64,000 nucleotides of DNA from IMG/VR virus record IMGVR_UViG_3300031707_000002; one strand, 5' to 3'. How positions within the stretch are numbered: position 1 is the first letter of the stretch; the number at the start of each line of letters is the position of its first letter. The DNA comes from an uncultured virus (IMG/VR IMGVR_UViG_3300031707_000002) (Duplodnaviria > Heunggongvirae > Uroviricota > Caudoviricetes). This document shows, piece by piece, positions 41,320-51,236 of the stretch. A model generated the notes under the pieces. That model worked only from the letters and a program-made list of their open reading frames with translations. It was not told the origin of the DNA and ran no database searches. Both the position numbers and the translations under genes were made by a program.

Positions 41320-41660
41320 AACGCCCCGTGAATCTTAGCATAATCCTCTGGGGACAAAATCTTCTTTGCCTGATCCATTGCAACTATCATAAACTCTTCT
41401 CTGGCTCTTTTTGCACCCTCAGACAAGTGACCAAAATAATCAGAAATTGTCTCTATTGCGTCAAGAGCCTTCACCATCTTAGTATCTTTCAGGATCTCTT
41501 TTGCGAGAATCTTCAAGCTCTCGGTGTGCATATTCTGATCCGTTGCCTTCGCAATCTTTTTCACAATAGCATCAAGATCCATGACCTTAGAACCAGACTT
41601 CACAGTCTCATCAACTACTTTCTTACTCTTTGTGTACATTTCTGCAAAAAGACCTGACAT
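41316..41660 (-). CDS. Small protein, N-terminal LFAEMY motif variant
   Basis: 114 aa, AGGAG RBS. Confidence 0.7.
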   Translation of the reverse strand: MSGLFAEMYTKSKKVVDETVKSGSKVMDLDAIVKKIAKATDQNMHTESLKILAKEILKDTKMVKALDAIETISDYFGHLSEGAKRAREEFMIVAMDQAKKILSPEDYAKIHGAF

Positions 41661-41685
41661 AGTTACTCCTTTACTTATCCTTTTG

Positions 41686-42282
41686 TTATGCTATGGCAAG
41701 ACCCCTTCGTGCCTGTCCATCTGCAAAAGCCTGTCGCATTTTTTCCAGTTTTCTCTTAGCATCCTCATAAGTCTTAGCCGCAAACGTAGACCTTGTTTTC
41801 TTATCTGTAAATGCAAATTCCTTTAGGTCTTCCCACCAACCATTAAACAAAACCCCAAGCCTATCAGCTATACTCTGACCTTCTTTTTTCAAGTCATCAG
41901 GTAGCTGTTCTTCTGTGATAAAATGACAAGACTCAACTGTTGTCTTCCCGTAAGGTGCGTAAGCAGAAGACCCAACCCCTGACGCTGTAGGACTTGTACC
42001 TACAAAACCTCTCCGGTCACTCGTAGCACCTGAATAATCAAATCCAGCAACACTACCCTTCATCTGAAATCGTTTACCATCCCTGTAAGCCGATACTATC
42101 TTACCCTCTTTACCTTTTGCCGAAGACACCACATAAGTCCCATCTTGAAACTCATAAGTATACACATCCTTAACAAATCCTGTACTTGACTCTTTTGCCT
42201 TAGCATCAGCATCCACTTTTCTCTTGAACCCTGTCAAGAAAAGTTCAGAACCAGATTCGTATATGTCAACAAGTAAAGTCAT
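41686..42282 (-). CDS. Protein with N-terminal LLVDIYE motif
   Basis: Likely start MTLLVDIYE just after the upstream stop. Confidence 0.7.
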   Translation of the reverse strand: MTLLVDIYESGSELFLTGFKRKVDADAKAKESSTGFVKDVYTYEFQDGTYVVSSAKGKEGKIVSAYRDGKRFQMKGSVAGFDYSGATSDRRGFVGTSPTASGVGSSAYAPYGKTTVESCHFITEEQLPDDLKKEGQSIADRLGVLFNGWWEDLKEFAFTDKKTRSTFAAKTYEDAKRKLEKMRQAFADGQARRGLAIA

Positions 42283-42283
42283 T

Positions 42284-42538
42284 TCAATTCTCATAAATAC
42301 TAACCAAAAGACTTACAAAAGACTCGTCTTTTGGACCGTACATATTTCCATACAAAATCTTGTTGATTTCCCACCTCACAGCCTGTCCCCCCATACTACC
42401 AAGATCACCCTTGTCTGGTGCCTCCCCTTTTCTTCCTAACTTTTCCCACTGCCATCTTCGGGTTGCATAATCCTTTTTAGCAACATTTTTGATCCTACTA
42501 ATGTACTTCAACATCTCTTTTTCTTTAGGCTCATGCAT
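42284..42538 (-). CDS. Small protein with C-terminal LLVSIYE motif
   Basis: 84 aa, GAGG RBS. Confidence 0.65.
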   Translation of the reverse strand: MHEPKEKEMLKYISRIKNVAKKDYATRRWQWEKLGRKGEAPDKGDLGSMGGQAVRWEINKILYGNMYGPKDESFVSLLVSIYEN

Positions 42539-42598
42539 ACATCACCTCAACTTTTGAAAAGATGGGGGCACTTTCGTACCCCCCCACCCCCACCCAAC

Positions 42599-42802
42599 CT
42601 AATTGATCTTGACAACACTCTGCACAGCAAGAGCCGCCTGAAGTGTGTTCAAAGCACTCGAAACATCAGATGCCAAAGTCTGTACCCCACCAAGAGTAAG
42701 CGTGCTGATCGTAATTGACACAGCATCAACACCCACCGCTCCGGCATTCAGAATTTGAGGAACATGTGCCTCTAAATCCTTACGCGATTCATACAAACTC
42801 AT
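42599..42802 (-). CDS. Small protein starting MSLYE
   Basis: GGAGG precedes ATG at 42802. Confidence 0.6.
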   Translation of the reverse strand: MSLYESRKDLEAHVPQILNAGAVGVDAVSITISTLTLGGVQTLASDVSSALNTLQAALAVQSVVKIN

Positions 42803-42842
42803 AACTACCTCCAAATTTGAAATTATTCCAGACACGAGAACA

Positions 42843-43250
42843 CTAAGAGGCAGGTATCTCTCCCCACTCTTTTGACTTCATCAAAGCATCCATAACAGAA
42901 CGGGCCTTCTGGGAAAGTTCCGGGTTTTGCCTGGAATTCCAGCGTTCTATGTTGGAGATCGCTCTTGTCATTGCCGGTTTACCCTTTTTCTTTGCTATCT
43001 TGATAAAATGAGAAACAAGGTCTTTAACCGGCCACTCAGACCAAGAGTTTGCTGGCAACTTCGTGATACCCGGAAACTTCGCCTTCACCATAACCTTTTC
43101 AGAAAGAGTTAGCTCCTCAGAGACTTCAAACTGACCCCAAGCATCAACGAAGTCGTTAGCCGCTTCAAGAAGTTTCTTGATATAGCCTGACCCACAAGAC
43201 TCTATCGCCTTTGATCTTTTTGAAAAATTCACCATAACTATTCTCTCCAA
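42843..43250 (-). CDS. Hypothetical protein
   Basis: 135-aa ORF; likely start at the second Met after GGAG. Confidence 0.6.
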   Translation of the reverse strand: MERIVMVNFSKRSKAIESCGSGYIKKLLEAANDFVDAWGQFEVSEELTLSEKVMVKAKFPGITKLPANSWSEWPVKDLVSHFIKIAKKKGKPAMTRAISNIERWNSRQNPELSQKARSVMDALMKSKEWGEIPAS

Positions 43251-43254
43251 CTTG

Positions 43255-43298
43255 AAAAAAGGCTGTCAAGGAATATTCCCAAACCCTGACAGCCTTTT
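43255..43298 (-). terminator. Rho-independent terminator (possibly bidirectional)
   Basis: AAAAGGCTGTCA...TGACAGCCTTTT inverted repeat with T tracts on both strands. Confidence 0.75.
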
Positions 43299-43322
43299 CC
43301 AAGCACCCACCCCTTGTATCAC

Positions 43323-43856
43323 TTACTCGTCACCCTCATCATCGCCCTCATCATCACCCTCATCATCTTCCGCTTCAGCATCAGAAGTCCACTCAACGTA
43401 CTTATCCATCATCTCCACAAGAGCCTCTTCCGCTTCCTCTGTAGACTCCACAGTCACACCCTCGTCAACGTCATCACCATTGTTTGCATCAACGGCATAG
43501 ACATCCATCGCACCATCATACGCCTCAATGATGATAGACACGTCTTCAGATTCATCAGAAGAAAGAACAAGAAAAGGCTCATCACTGTCATCACGGTCTG
43601 ACACTGACCAGCCACTTTCCTTCGCCAAAGACTCAACAGTATCAAACCAAGCAGTCACGTCATCAGTCTCAAGCTGCTCACAAGCAGATGCAGTATCGCC
43701 CGATCCATCACCAGAATCATCACCAGAGTCATCACCACTTCCGGGGTCATCACCAGAAGGGTCTTCTACACCCTTCTTCTTTTTTCCTTTTGCTTCATCG
43801 AGGACAGCAACACCGCCTTGCTTTATGTCCTCATATATATCAATAAATACTGACAT
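43323..43856 (-). CDS. Very acidic protein, N-terminal VFIDIYE motif
   Basis: 177 aa, GGAGG RBS, DDSG/DDEG repeats. Confidence 0.75.
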   Translation of the reverse strand: MSVFIDIYEDIKQGGVAVLDEAKGKKKKGVEDPSGDDPGSGDDSGDDSGDGSGDTASACEQLETDDVTAWFDTVESLAKESGWSVSDRDDSDEPFLVLSSDESEDVSIIIEAYDGAMDVYAVDANNGDDVDEGVTVESTEEAEEALVEMMDKYVEWTSDAEAEDDEGDDEGDDEGDE

Positions 43857-43881
43857 AGTGCCTCCAAGATACAGGTACGAG

Positions 43882-44040
43882 TTACTTTGTGGTACTCACT
43901 TTGTCTGCTCCTGATTTAGCGTGCAAAGAGACAGAAGCAGAAGGAGACTTCTTTTCTCCCATAATCCACGAATCTTCGTCTGACTTGGGATTACCCTTCC
44001 GGCTTGCAATAATCTTTGCACGTTTTGTTAAAAAACTCAC
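43882..44040 (-). CDS. Small basic protein (52 aa), not in ORF track
   Basis: GGAGA RBS then GTG: MSFLTKRAKIIASRKGNPK...VSTTK*. Confidence 0.45.
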   Translation of the reverse strand: MSFLTKRAKIIASRKGNPKSDEDSWIMGEKKSPSASVSLHAKSGADKVSTTK

Positions 44041-44057
44041 GCAATCTCCCTACAAGC

Positions 44058-44100
44058 AAAAAAGGGAAGGCTTGGGCTTATTAAAACCCAAAACCTTCCC
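44058..44100 (-). terminator. Putative terminator after prohead core-like gene
   Basis: GGGAAGG..TTGGG / CCCAA..CCTTCCC stem followed by T6 on the minus strand. Confidence 0.65.
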
Positions 44101-44110
44101 TAATACCCGA

Positions 44111-44776
44111 CTACTGCTTGTCTTCAGTACCCTCAGTACCCTCGTCACCTTCACCCTCAAGGTCTTCCGAAACCTCATCAAGATACTCACAATACGAATC
44201 AAGGTACTCCTGATCCCGTTCGTCAATCTTACCCTCATGTGCTATCACAGACTCAACAACCTGCATCACAGGAGCAATGTCGTTGAGAACAATCGAATAC
44301 AGTTCGTCATTCTCAAGACCCTCTGCCACACACTCATTCAGATGTGTCATCAGAGATTCCTTAATCTCCTCATAACTCTCGTCTGTGAGCTTCGGATTCT
44401 TCTCATCAGAGAGAACCGTCTCAAGAACTGCACGAACATTATCAATAGCACTCTCACCATACCGACGCTTACGGGTCTTCAGAGCACGCTTCGCACGAAG
44501 ACGAAGTTTCGACTTCGGAGTACGCCGCATTGCCTTCTTCATAGCACGGGCAAGAGCACGACTCTTGTACACACCATGCGAACGACGACGAGCCGCAAGA
44601 CGACGCTTCCGACGCTCCGACGCAGTAGGCTTACGCGAAGCCTCATCAAGCCCATCACTACCCTCAAGAACAGGTTCCGGGGCAGCAGGAGCAGCAGGCT
44701 TTGACCCTCGACCCGCCATGATCGACTCAAGGATCGCCGCTTCGGTAGACTTTCCACTCATAACAGTACCCTCCAT
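44111..44776 (-). CDS. Prohead core protein-like (T4 gp67/gp68 character)
   Basis: Arg/Lys-rich block bounded by 'LDE|A' and 'YGE|S', then an acidic helical tail; located shortly after the portal gene. Confidence 0.5.
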   Translation of the reverse strand: MEGTVMSGKSTEAAILESIMAGRGSKPAAPAAPEPVLEGSDGLDEASRKPTASERRKRRLAARRRSHGVYKSRALARAMKKAMRRTPKSKLRLRAKRALKTRKRRYGESAIDNVRAVLETVLSDEKNPKLTDESYEEIKESLMTHLNECVAEGLENDELYSIVLNDIAPVMQVVESVIAHEGKIDERDQEYLDSYCEYLDEVSEDLEGEGDEGTEGTEDKQ

Positions 44777-44793
44777 GTAAAAAGTTTTGAAAA

Positions 44794-47784
44794 TTACTTT
44801 CGATCTTCAGGAGACAAGAACACACCCTTCAAGAAATTCACAGCACTTACCTTCTTTCCTTCAAAAAGATTACCCATCTTCTCATAGGTTAGTGACCTGA
44901 AAACATTGAGAGACGGAACCCTTCTGAGGTCATTCTCTTTGACCACCCTACTGAGGCAGGAACTAAAAGCAAGAACCGCTTTGTTGAAGTCCATATTTTC
45001 CGGCAAAAGTTTTCGGATATTTCTATGCAAATCAGTCCGCTTCAAAACCTCCGCTCGAAGATTACCCAAGATTTCCTCAGACAAAACCTTCTTTGCCACA
45101 CCCTCATAATACTCTGGTGTTGCCTTCTCATAAGCATCAATTGGTGTCAAACTTCGATCATACATCTCAGTCATAAAAGCAGAAATCTCTTCGTGATCCT
45201 TATGAGACAGGGACAAATTCTTTGCCCTCATCACATTCAAAGCAGAATAGAACTCGGGGTAAATTTCAACAAACCGATCATACAAACCCTCACAAACCTT
45301 GCTGTCTGTCAACTTATCAAACTCAACAAGCAACGGGCTTATAGCACAAAGAGTAGCATCATCAAGTTTTGAAAACTCCTGCAAAGCATCTGTATCAACC
45401 TCTAAGTTTTCTGAATACTTTTTGATGTTTGCTACAATCACACCTTTATCTGCATCCCCAAACTTATACACAAGAACATTCTCTACAATAGCAGGAATAT
45501 TAGAGTTTCCTAACAAAGAATCCGCTATCTCTATACCCCTAAACTCAACACCAAAACGCTTACAAGATTCAGTCAGCTTCTCAATTCGCTTCTCTTGATT
45601 ATCCTCGTTTATATGGGAGTTGTTCAAAAGATGAAAAACTTCCACAATTGCGGAATCATAAGACAAGCTCTCTTCCACTTCCAAAGCAGAGAAACCGCAT
45701 CGGCCACACTTACCACCAAACCCTTCACAAGCACACCTTGGGCAAATCATACTCTTTACCCCCACCCCAGAGGAAAGAACCTGCTCAAGATCGTACCCAC
45801 AATCCGTACAGTGCTTTGGATAACGCCCACGATACTTCGGAATCAACATCCCGCACGAAGGACACTGGCCCTTGTACTTGATCTTGTCAAAAGCAGTCTG
45901 CATCCCCGGAGTCATGCCTTGCTCATTTGTCTGCTCATCCGTCTGCTCCCCAAATCTCTTAGCAACCTTTTCTATTGCATTCAACATCCTCTCTTCTTTC
46001 TTTGCACACTCAGCACAGAAAAGACCAAACGCCTTATTAGAAAGTTCACCTTCTTTACCACACCTCGCACATTTACCTGTTTTCTTAGAAGATCCTTCTT
46101 CTATCTGCTCCCAATTCATATTATTTGCGAGATACTGAGCATGAAGATCATTTACTACCTTCATATCCTTAATACCAAACTGTTGTGAAAACTGAGTAAG
46201 AGTCTTACCAGTATCTTTCAAGTCAGAATGATCCTTAAACCAATCAAACATCTTTCGTGTGATATTCACACCAGACTCATTTACCTGCTCATTCTGGTCA
46301 ATAACACTGCCTTTCTTATGAAAAGGAGGATACGTCACCAGAGCATCACCTTCTTTGTTGACCATGTAATAACCAGCCAACGTACTATCTTTTACCCTAC
46401 TCTCATATCCCATCTTCTTAGCAAGTGCATCAAACTCTTTCAAAGTAATATCTGAGGCAATTACCTTCGCTTTTCCAGTATCAGTTGTTTCCTTGTTTAC
46501 CAAAGCAACTGACACTTTAAGAGTTACTTCTACTACCTGCTCATCAAACTTTTTATCCATCGGTATAGCTGCATCAGTCCTTACCCCGGAAGGGGGCTTT
46601 TCTCTTTTCGATATAAACCAACTATCTCTGTCCTTCCCCTGCCACGCAATAACACCCTTTGGCAATTTACCAGCATACGATTTTACAGCCTTGTATGTCA
46701 CCAAATATGTCCCACCATCCATGATATTCTTTATCATCTTCTCTAAATCATCTGTATCCTCAATTATTACATCCTCTTTTATCTCTGACATCTTCTTTAC
46801 ATTCGTAGCCCAATCAGGCAACTCACCTCTCACCAAATACCAAGTCTTATCCCCGTTCTTTTCTTGAAACGCATGAGTATCTTGGGGAACCTTACCAATA
46901 AACTGTTTCAGGTCTTTCTCACTTCCGATCTTAACAATAGCACTCTCTAAAGACACCAAAATACCTTGCAAGTCTGTACTAGCTACCCGCTCTACCACTA
47001 CCTGCTCACTAACTCCCTCTTTCTTAGTCTGTGATTTAAGCACGTCTTTCAAAAAATCTATAGCCTTAACAGCATACCCATCAAATATCTTTCTTGTTCC
47101 TTTGAAAAGAGCTACCTTTCCAACCTTATCAATATTGCTTCTCTCAAGAGTAGCCTTGAAAGCTGTATTGTACTCAGTAATGTACTTATCAAGCTCTTCC
47201 TCGTCTACCTTACTCTCACCCACCACAGAAGCCTCCGGCTGTACCAAGTGCTCCCCACACTCAGGACAAAACTTAGGATACCTGCCTGGGTAAGTAGGAA
47301 CCACAAACCCGCAACTGTCACACTTCTTCCAAACATTACCCTTAGAAACACTTCCGTAAACAGCCTTTCCCATACCCGGAGTCATCTGCTCATTCAATTT
47401 ATCCAAAACAACACTGGCAACAGTACAGATTGTTGCTGCTTCCTTTGTTGTAATTACTGATTCCATGTACTTACGAAAAAGAGAATCAAGAAATATTCCC
47501 AAATCAGAAATTCCTGATATGGAATCCTTATCTACACCCTTGACTTTTTTCATTAAGTCAAGTATACTCTTAGAAACTTCTTTTGCTTGGGATTTTACAT
47601 CGGAAGGGAAGTCAACAACAAAATCTCCAAGAGCCTTCAGGAACTCGGCTCCCTTTTCGAGATCAGAAATTGACTTCACATACTGCGAAGGAACCGACTT
47701 AGAAACGGCATCTTCAAATGCATTCTGTTGACCTAACATGGAGTAATTTTGCCCTTTCCTGTATTGCAGGAACTCGAAGGTCAC
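44794..47784 (-). CDS. 996-aa modular protein with multiple zinc ribbons
   Basis: Two 'MTPGM...CxSCG..P.Y.GRYPK.CxxCG' modules plus two further CxxC..CxxC sets. Confidence 0.75.
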   Translation of the reverse strand: MTFEFLQYRKGQNYSMLGQQNAFEDAVSKSVPSQYVKSISDLEKGAEFLKALGDFVVDFPSDVKSQAKEVSKSILDLMKKVKGVDKDSISGISDLGIFLDSLFRKYMESVITTKEAATICTVASVVLDKLNEQMTPGMGKAVYGSVSKGNVWKKCDSCGFVVPTYPGRYPKFCPECGEHLVQPEASVVGESKVDEEELDKYITEYNTAFKATLERSNIDKVGKVALFKGTRKIFDGYAVKAIDFLKDVLKSQTKKEGVSEQVVVERVASTDLQGILVSLESAIVKIGSEKDLKQFIGKVPQDTHAFQEKNGDKTWYLVRGELPDWATNVKKMSEIKEDVIIEDTDDLEKMIKNIMDGGTYLVTYKAVKSYAGKLPKGVIAWQGKDRDSWFISKREKPPSGVRTDAAIPMDKKFDEQVVEVTLKVSVALVNKETTDTGKAKVIASDITLKEFDALAKKMGYESRVKDSTLAGYYMVNKEGDALVTYPPFHKKGSVIDQNEQVNESGVNITRKMFDWFKDHSDLKDTGKTLTQFSQQFGIKDMKVVNDLHAQYLANNMNWEQIEEGSSKKTGKCARCGKEGELSNKAFGLFCAECAKKEERMLNAIEKVAKRFGEQTDEQTNEQGMTPGMQTAFDKIKYKGQCPSCGMLIPKYRGRYPKHCTDCGYDLEQVLSSGVGVKSMICPRCACEGFGGKCGRCGFSALEVEESLSYDSAIVEVFHLLNNSHINEDNQEKRIEKLTESCKRFGVEFRGIEIADSLLGNSNIPAIVENVLVYKFGDADKGVIVANIKKYSENLEVDTDALQEFSKLDDATLCAISPLLVEFDKLTDSKVCEGLYDRFVEIYPEFYSALNVMRAKNLSLSHKDHEEISAFMTEMYDRSLTPIDAYEKATPEYYEGVAKKVLSEEILGNLRAEVLKRTDLHRNIRKLLPENMDFNKAVLAFSSCLSRVVKENDLRRVPSLNVFRSLTYEKMGNLFEGKKVSAVNFLKGVFLSPEDRK

Positions 47785-50700
47785 TGTGAGAAGGTTTATT
47801 GACCCTCTCTTTAATCCAAAACCCAGAACCCACTAAATTTCGGATTTTTTCGGCTCTTACTTTGGTAGTACCGCTACCGTTGGAGCCATCACCTTCTTCT
47901 TGAAGTATATCAAGTTCTGACTCAACACCCTCTTCTTCACCTTCACCCTCCTCGCCACTCCCACCTTTTCCTCCACCCTTACCCTCCTCATCCCCTTCAT
48001 CATCGCCGCTTGGCTTTCCCTTCCTTCTTGGAACCGGAACAGAACCACGAGAACCAAGAGCATCAGACTTCGAGGAAGAAGACTTATTTCCTAACAACTT
48101 ATCAATATCAAGATCGGGAAATGCAAATATCTGCTTGAATATGTACTCAACATACATCTTCTTGTTGATAATTCCTTCCATCTCCCCAGACAAACCAAGC
48201 ATAGACGTAGCAATACCAATCTTTCTTTCCGTGTACTCCAAACGAGAATCTTCCTCTGCCGAAGAAATTGGAACCATCCCAATAGACAAATCTTCAACAC
48301 TTATATCCTGACTGTACTTGTAAGACAGGTGAATTTGAAATAGCCGATACATCCCCTCAATAAGTGCCCTCTGCACCTTCTTGACCATACGAGCATATCG
48401 AATATCCAAACGAGTAAGAGTCTGTGAACCAGAAAACCCCGGTATACTTTCAGAATTGTGAACAAACACACCACAAGAGAGAGAGAAGTTGTGGTTGTCA
48501 CTTTCAACAGTTAAATCATAAGCATCTTCAACAACATCAAGATATTCTACATTTACAACTCTATGATTGTAACAATTTGCTGCCATCTTCCTTTCAGAAA
48601 TCATCTTACTATTTGCTTTAGCTCGACAAACCCTCTGGCATCTAACACAGCAAAACCTTGGTGTCTGTAAGTATGAAGAAATGTCGTTGTAAGGAACCTT
48701 CTTCATAAACATCTTCCCACACTCATCACAACAAATCTCAAACTCCTGTGGGTGATAATCACCCCACCTACCCTGAACCATCTTACCCTTCCAAGAAGCA
48801 AACTCAGGACTATCAGGGGAAATAGTCTTCATATAATTAAAGGATTTTCTTCTCCCCTCCTGAATAGCCTTAATTATTCCCTGCCTTGCTTTCTCTCTAT
48901 ACTCAGGATTAGCCATCGGGTTATTCTCACCCTTCTGGTAATCCCTGTTAATACCCATCAAAGACTTTGATACTTTTGCACCAAACCCATCCGGCTTCTT
49001 TCTCCCTTTTCCCAAAACAGACATTCTTTTGGAATACTCAAGCCTCTCCTCTGAAGACATAGCCTCCCGTCTCTTCCTTGCTGAAACACTTCCCAAAGAC
49101 CTGCCCATATCTAAAACACTTGCCATCTCTGGATGATACTTAACAAAATGCTCTCGCCTATTCTCACAAATTGCCAGATTTAAGGCATCATTATTACTCT
49201 TGACTTTATCTCTATGATGAACAACTTGCTCAGAAGATAGAACCTTCCCACCATTCAACAAATCTTCTGCAACAAGACGGTGTACCCGAACATAATGCCG
49301 ATCCTTATTATCAATAATTCCATAATATCCCTTCTCTGCCCCAGACAACTCAAAGTAATATAGAGGCATTAAAGATTCCCCAGAGACAAGTTTCTCTGCC
49401 TCTTTGTAAGACCCATCTCTTAACATACACCTATGGTCAGGGGTAACGTCAAAATATTCTCCGTTATCAAGATGCACCCTAACATACTTCGCATTAAGTC
49501 GCGTCTTGTTAATATCAGAGATATTCGTGGCGTGAACCCTGCCATCCTTATCACTTGTAAAAATTGTCTTGCCCCTGAAATATTCCTTATTCTCAAACAT
49601 CTCCCTAATAGTAGGTGTAGTTCCATCACATAACCGAATACCAGTGTTTCCTCTCAAACACATTCCTAAAAATGCGCCGGGGATGCGGATAGCTGCAAGT
49701 AGCTTATCCCGAATATACTCAATATCAACTATGTCTTTTATGTTTACATCACCACCAACCGTCTCAACTCGCATATCCCCTTTTGTACCTGTATAGGGAA
49801 TAAAAACCTCGTCATTATACTGCAAAGGATTGTACTTCATACGATAGAAATTCACAGGAATATCTATTGCCTTCTTCTGCATAAATTTCTGCTCAAGATC
49901 CTGAATCAAATCCCTACGCTCATCCTTTGTCATACCCTCAGTATTTACATAAAACACACGTATAAGGGGAGATCGGGCAAGACGAGCAAGAGCAAGAGAG
50001 ACTTCAAGCAAATTCAGGATACGATAAATCAATCTTGCGTTCTGCAAAATTGACGTACCATACATCGAAGTAAGAATCTTTTCAACTAACTTACGCTCAC
50101 CCTTCGGAACATCCCCACGTCTATTTGCATCAATCATCCTACGGGAAGGAGATTTCTGAGGATCACCGCTATCAACATCCCAAGTTGACTTATCAAAAGG
50201 TTTTGTATCCTTTGTCTTATCTCCATACTCAGCAGGCTCATCCTCGGCCTCCCCTGTCTTATCCTCCCCCTCCACAGACTTTTGCATTTCATCTTCCCAC
50301 ATCTTGACCTTTACAGACTCAAAATTGGGTTTGAAGTTGTTGATGAAATGCACATACCCTGAAGAGTCCATTATCTCTTCCTTACGGGCAGAAATATCCT
50401 TCTTGATAAAACAAGCAAGTTTTCCGTCTATGTCAATACGATAAACACTTTTTGGATGTTCCGACTCACGAATATTAGTGATCCCTTCACCCTTCTTAGG
50501 GTAAACCCTTAACATGAAATCACCATACTTCGCAATATTATAGGTCCACCCCCAAACCTTATTCTCAAAATCAATTGTTGAAAGAAACTCTTGAAGTTCG
50601 TGGCCGTACTTATGCTTTCCACCAATCCATAAAGTACCATTCATTTCATGGGAGTATTGTGTAGCATCATCAACAACTAACTCCAAAGCAGATGAAATAA

Positions 50701-50947
50701 TTGGATCTTCTTCCATCTGATCATAATCAGAATACCGAGATTCACGATCTTTTTCCAGTTTCGTAGCAGCAGAAAACAACTCCCAAACACGACCCTCATT
50801 CATCAAAACTTTTACAGTATTCGTTGCCTTATCATCAACAACATACACCTCATTTGACTGACCATTTTTTGCATCAGCCTGAAGAGCCTCAAGAACAATA
50901 TTCTCGTTGACTCTTAACCCACCCTTTTCAAACAGACGAACAGACAT
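47714..50947 (-). CDS. Portal protein, T4 gp20-like, with intein
   Basis: 'YDQMEEDPIISSALELVVDDA', 'LLEVSLALARLARSP..RVFYVNT', 'DIVDIEYIRDKLLAAIRIP', 'LTRLDIRYARMVKKVQ'. Confidence 0.9.
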   Translation of the reverse strand: MSVRLFEKGGLRVNENIVLEALQADAKNGQSNEVYVVDDKATNTVKVLMNEGRVWELFSAATKLEKDRESRYSDYDQMEEDPIISSALELVVDDATQYSHEMNGTLWIGGKHKYGHELQEFLSTIDFENKVWGWTYNIAKYGDFMLRVYPKKGEGITNIRESEHPKSVYRIDIDGKLACFIKKDISARKEEIMDSSGYVHFINNFKPNFESVKVKMWEDEMQKSVEGEDKTGEAEDEPAEYGDKTKDTKPFDKSTWDVDSGDPQKSPSRRMIDANRRGDVPKGERKLVEKILTSMYGTSILQNARLIYRILNLLEVSLALARLARSPLIRVFYVNTEGMTKDERRDLIQDLEQKFMQKKAIDIPVNFYRMKYNPLQYNDEVFIPYTGTKGDMRVETVGGDVNIKDIVDIEYIRDKLLAAIRIPGAFLGMCLRGNTGIRLCDGTTPTIREMFENKEYFRGKTIFTSDKDGRVHATNISDINKTRLNAKYVRVHLDNGEYFDVTPDHRCMLRDGSYKEAEKLVSGESLMPLYYFELSGAEKGYYGIIDNKDRHYVRVHRLVAEDLLNGGKVLSSEQVVHHRDKVKSNNDALNLAICENRREHFVKYHPEMASVLDMGRSLGSVSARKRREAMSSEERLEYSKRMSVLGKGRKKPDGFGAKVSKSLMGINRDYQKGENNPMANPEYREKARQGIIKAIQEGRRKSFNYMKTISPDSPEFASWKGKMVQGRWGDYHPQEFEICCDECGKMFMKKVPYNDISSYLQTPRFCCVRCQRVCRAKANSKMISERKMAANCYNHRVVNVEYLDVVEDAYDLTVESDNHNFSLSCGVFVHNSESIPGFSGSQTLTRLDIRYARMVKKVQRALIEGMYRLFQIHLSYKYSQDISVEDLSIGMVPISSAEEDSRLEYTERKIGIATSMLGLSGEMEGIINKKMYVEYIFKQIFAFPDLDIDKLLGNKSSSSKSDALGSRGSVPVPRRKGKPSGDDEGDEEGKGGGKGGSGEEGEGEEEGVESELDILQEEGDGSNGSGTTKVRAEKIRNLVGSGFWIKERVNKPSHSDLRVPAIQERAKLLHVRSTECI
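48455..49660 (-). mobile_element. Intein (402 aa) with HNH homing endonuclease region in portal
   Basis: Starts CLRGNTGI, 'VTPDH', HNH 'VHRLVAE...VVHHRDKVKSNN..LNL', ends 'HNFSLSCGVFVHN' followed by Ser. Confidence 0.92.
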
Positions 50948-50992
50948 AGAATTCCCTTTTTGTTAATTAACACTTACAAGAGACAACCACTG

Positions 50993-51226
50993 TCACAGAG
51001 GACTAAGATTCACACTCAACTGAGTATCAAGATAATTCAACAGCTTTAACATGTTATCCTTATTTGAAAACACAAAAGTATTCGCTATACCACTAACACT
51101 AACGATCTTTAGACTAAGCCCGTCCAAGACCTTGTAATCATCAATCCCGTCTATGTCAAATCTGACTCCTGCTGTAATATCTTGAGCACTTTGATTATCT
51201 GTAACAATCCTTACATAACGTGACAT
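50993..51226 (-). CDS. Hypothetical protein between terminase and portal
   Basis: 77 aa, GAGGAG RBS. Confidence 0.65.
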   Translation of the reverse strand: MSRYVRIVTDNQSAQDITAGVRFDIDGIDDYKVLDGLSLKIVSVSGIANTFVFSNKDNMLKLLNYLDTQLSVNLSPL

Positions 51227-51236
51227 AAAAACTCCT

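Noticed and set aside
43889..44704. 271-aa plus-strand ORF and the many other plus-strand ORFs
   Set aside because: They are antisense shadows of well-supported minus-strand genes, with no recognisable motifs.
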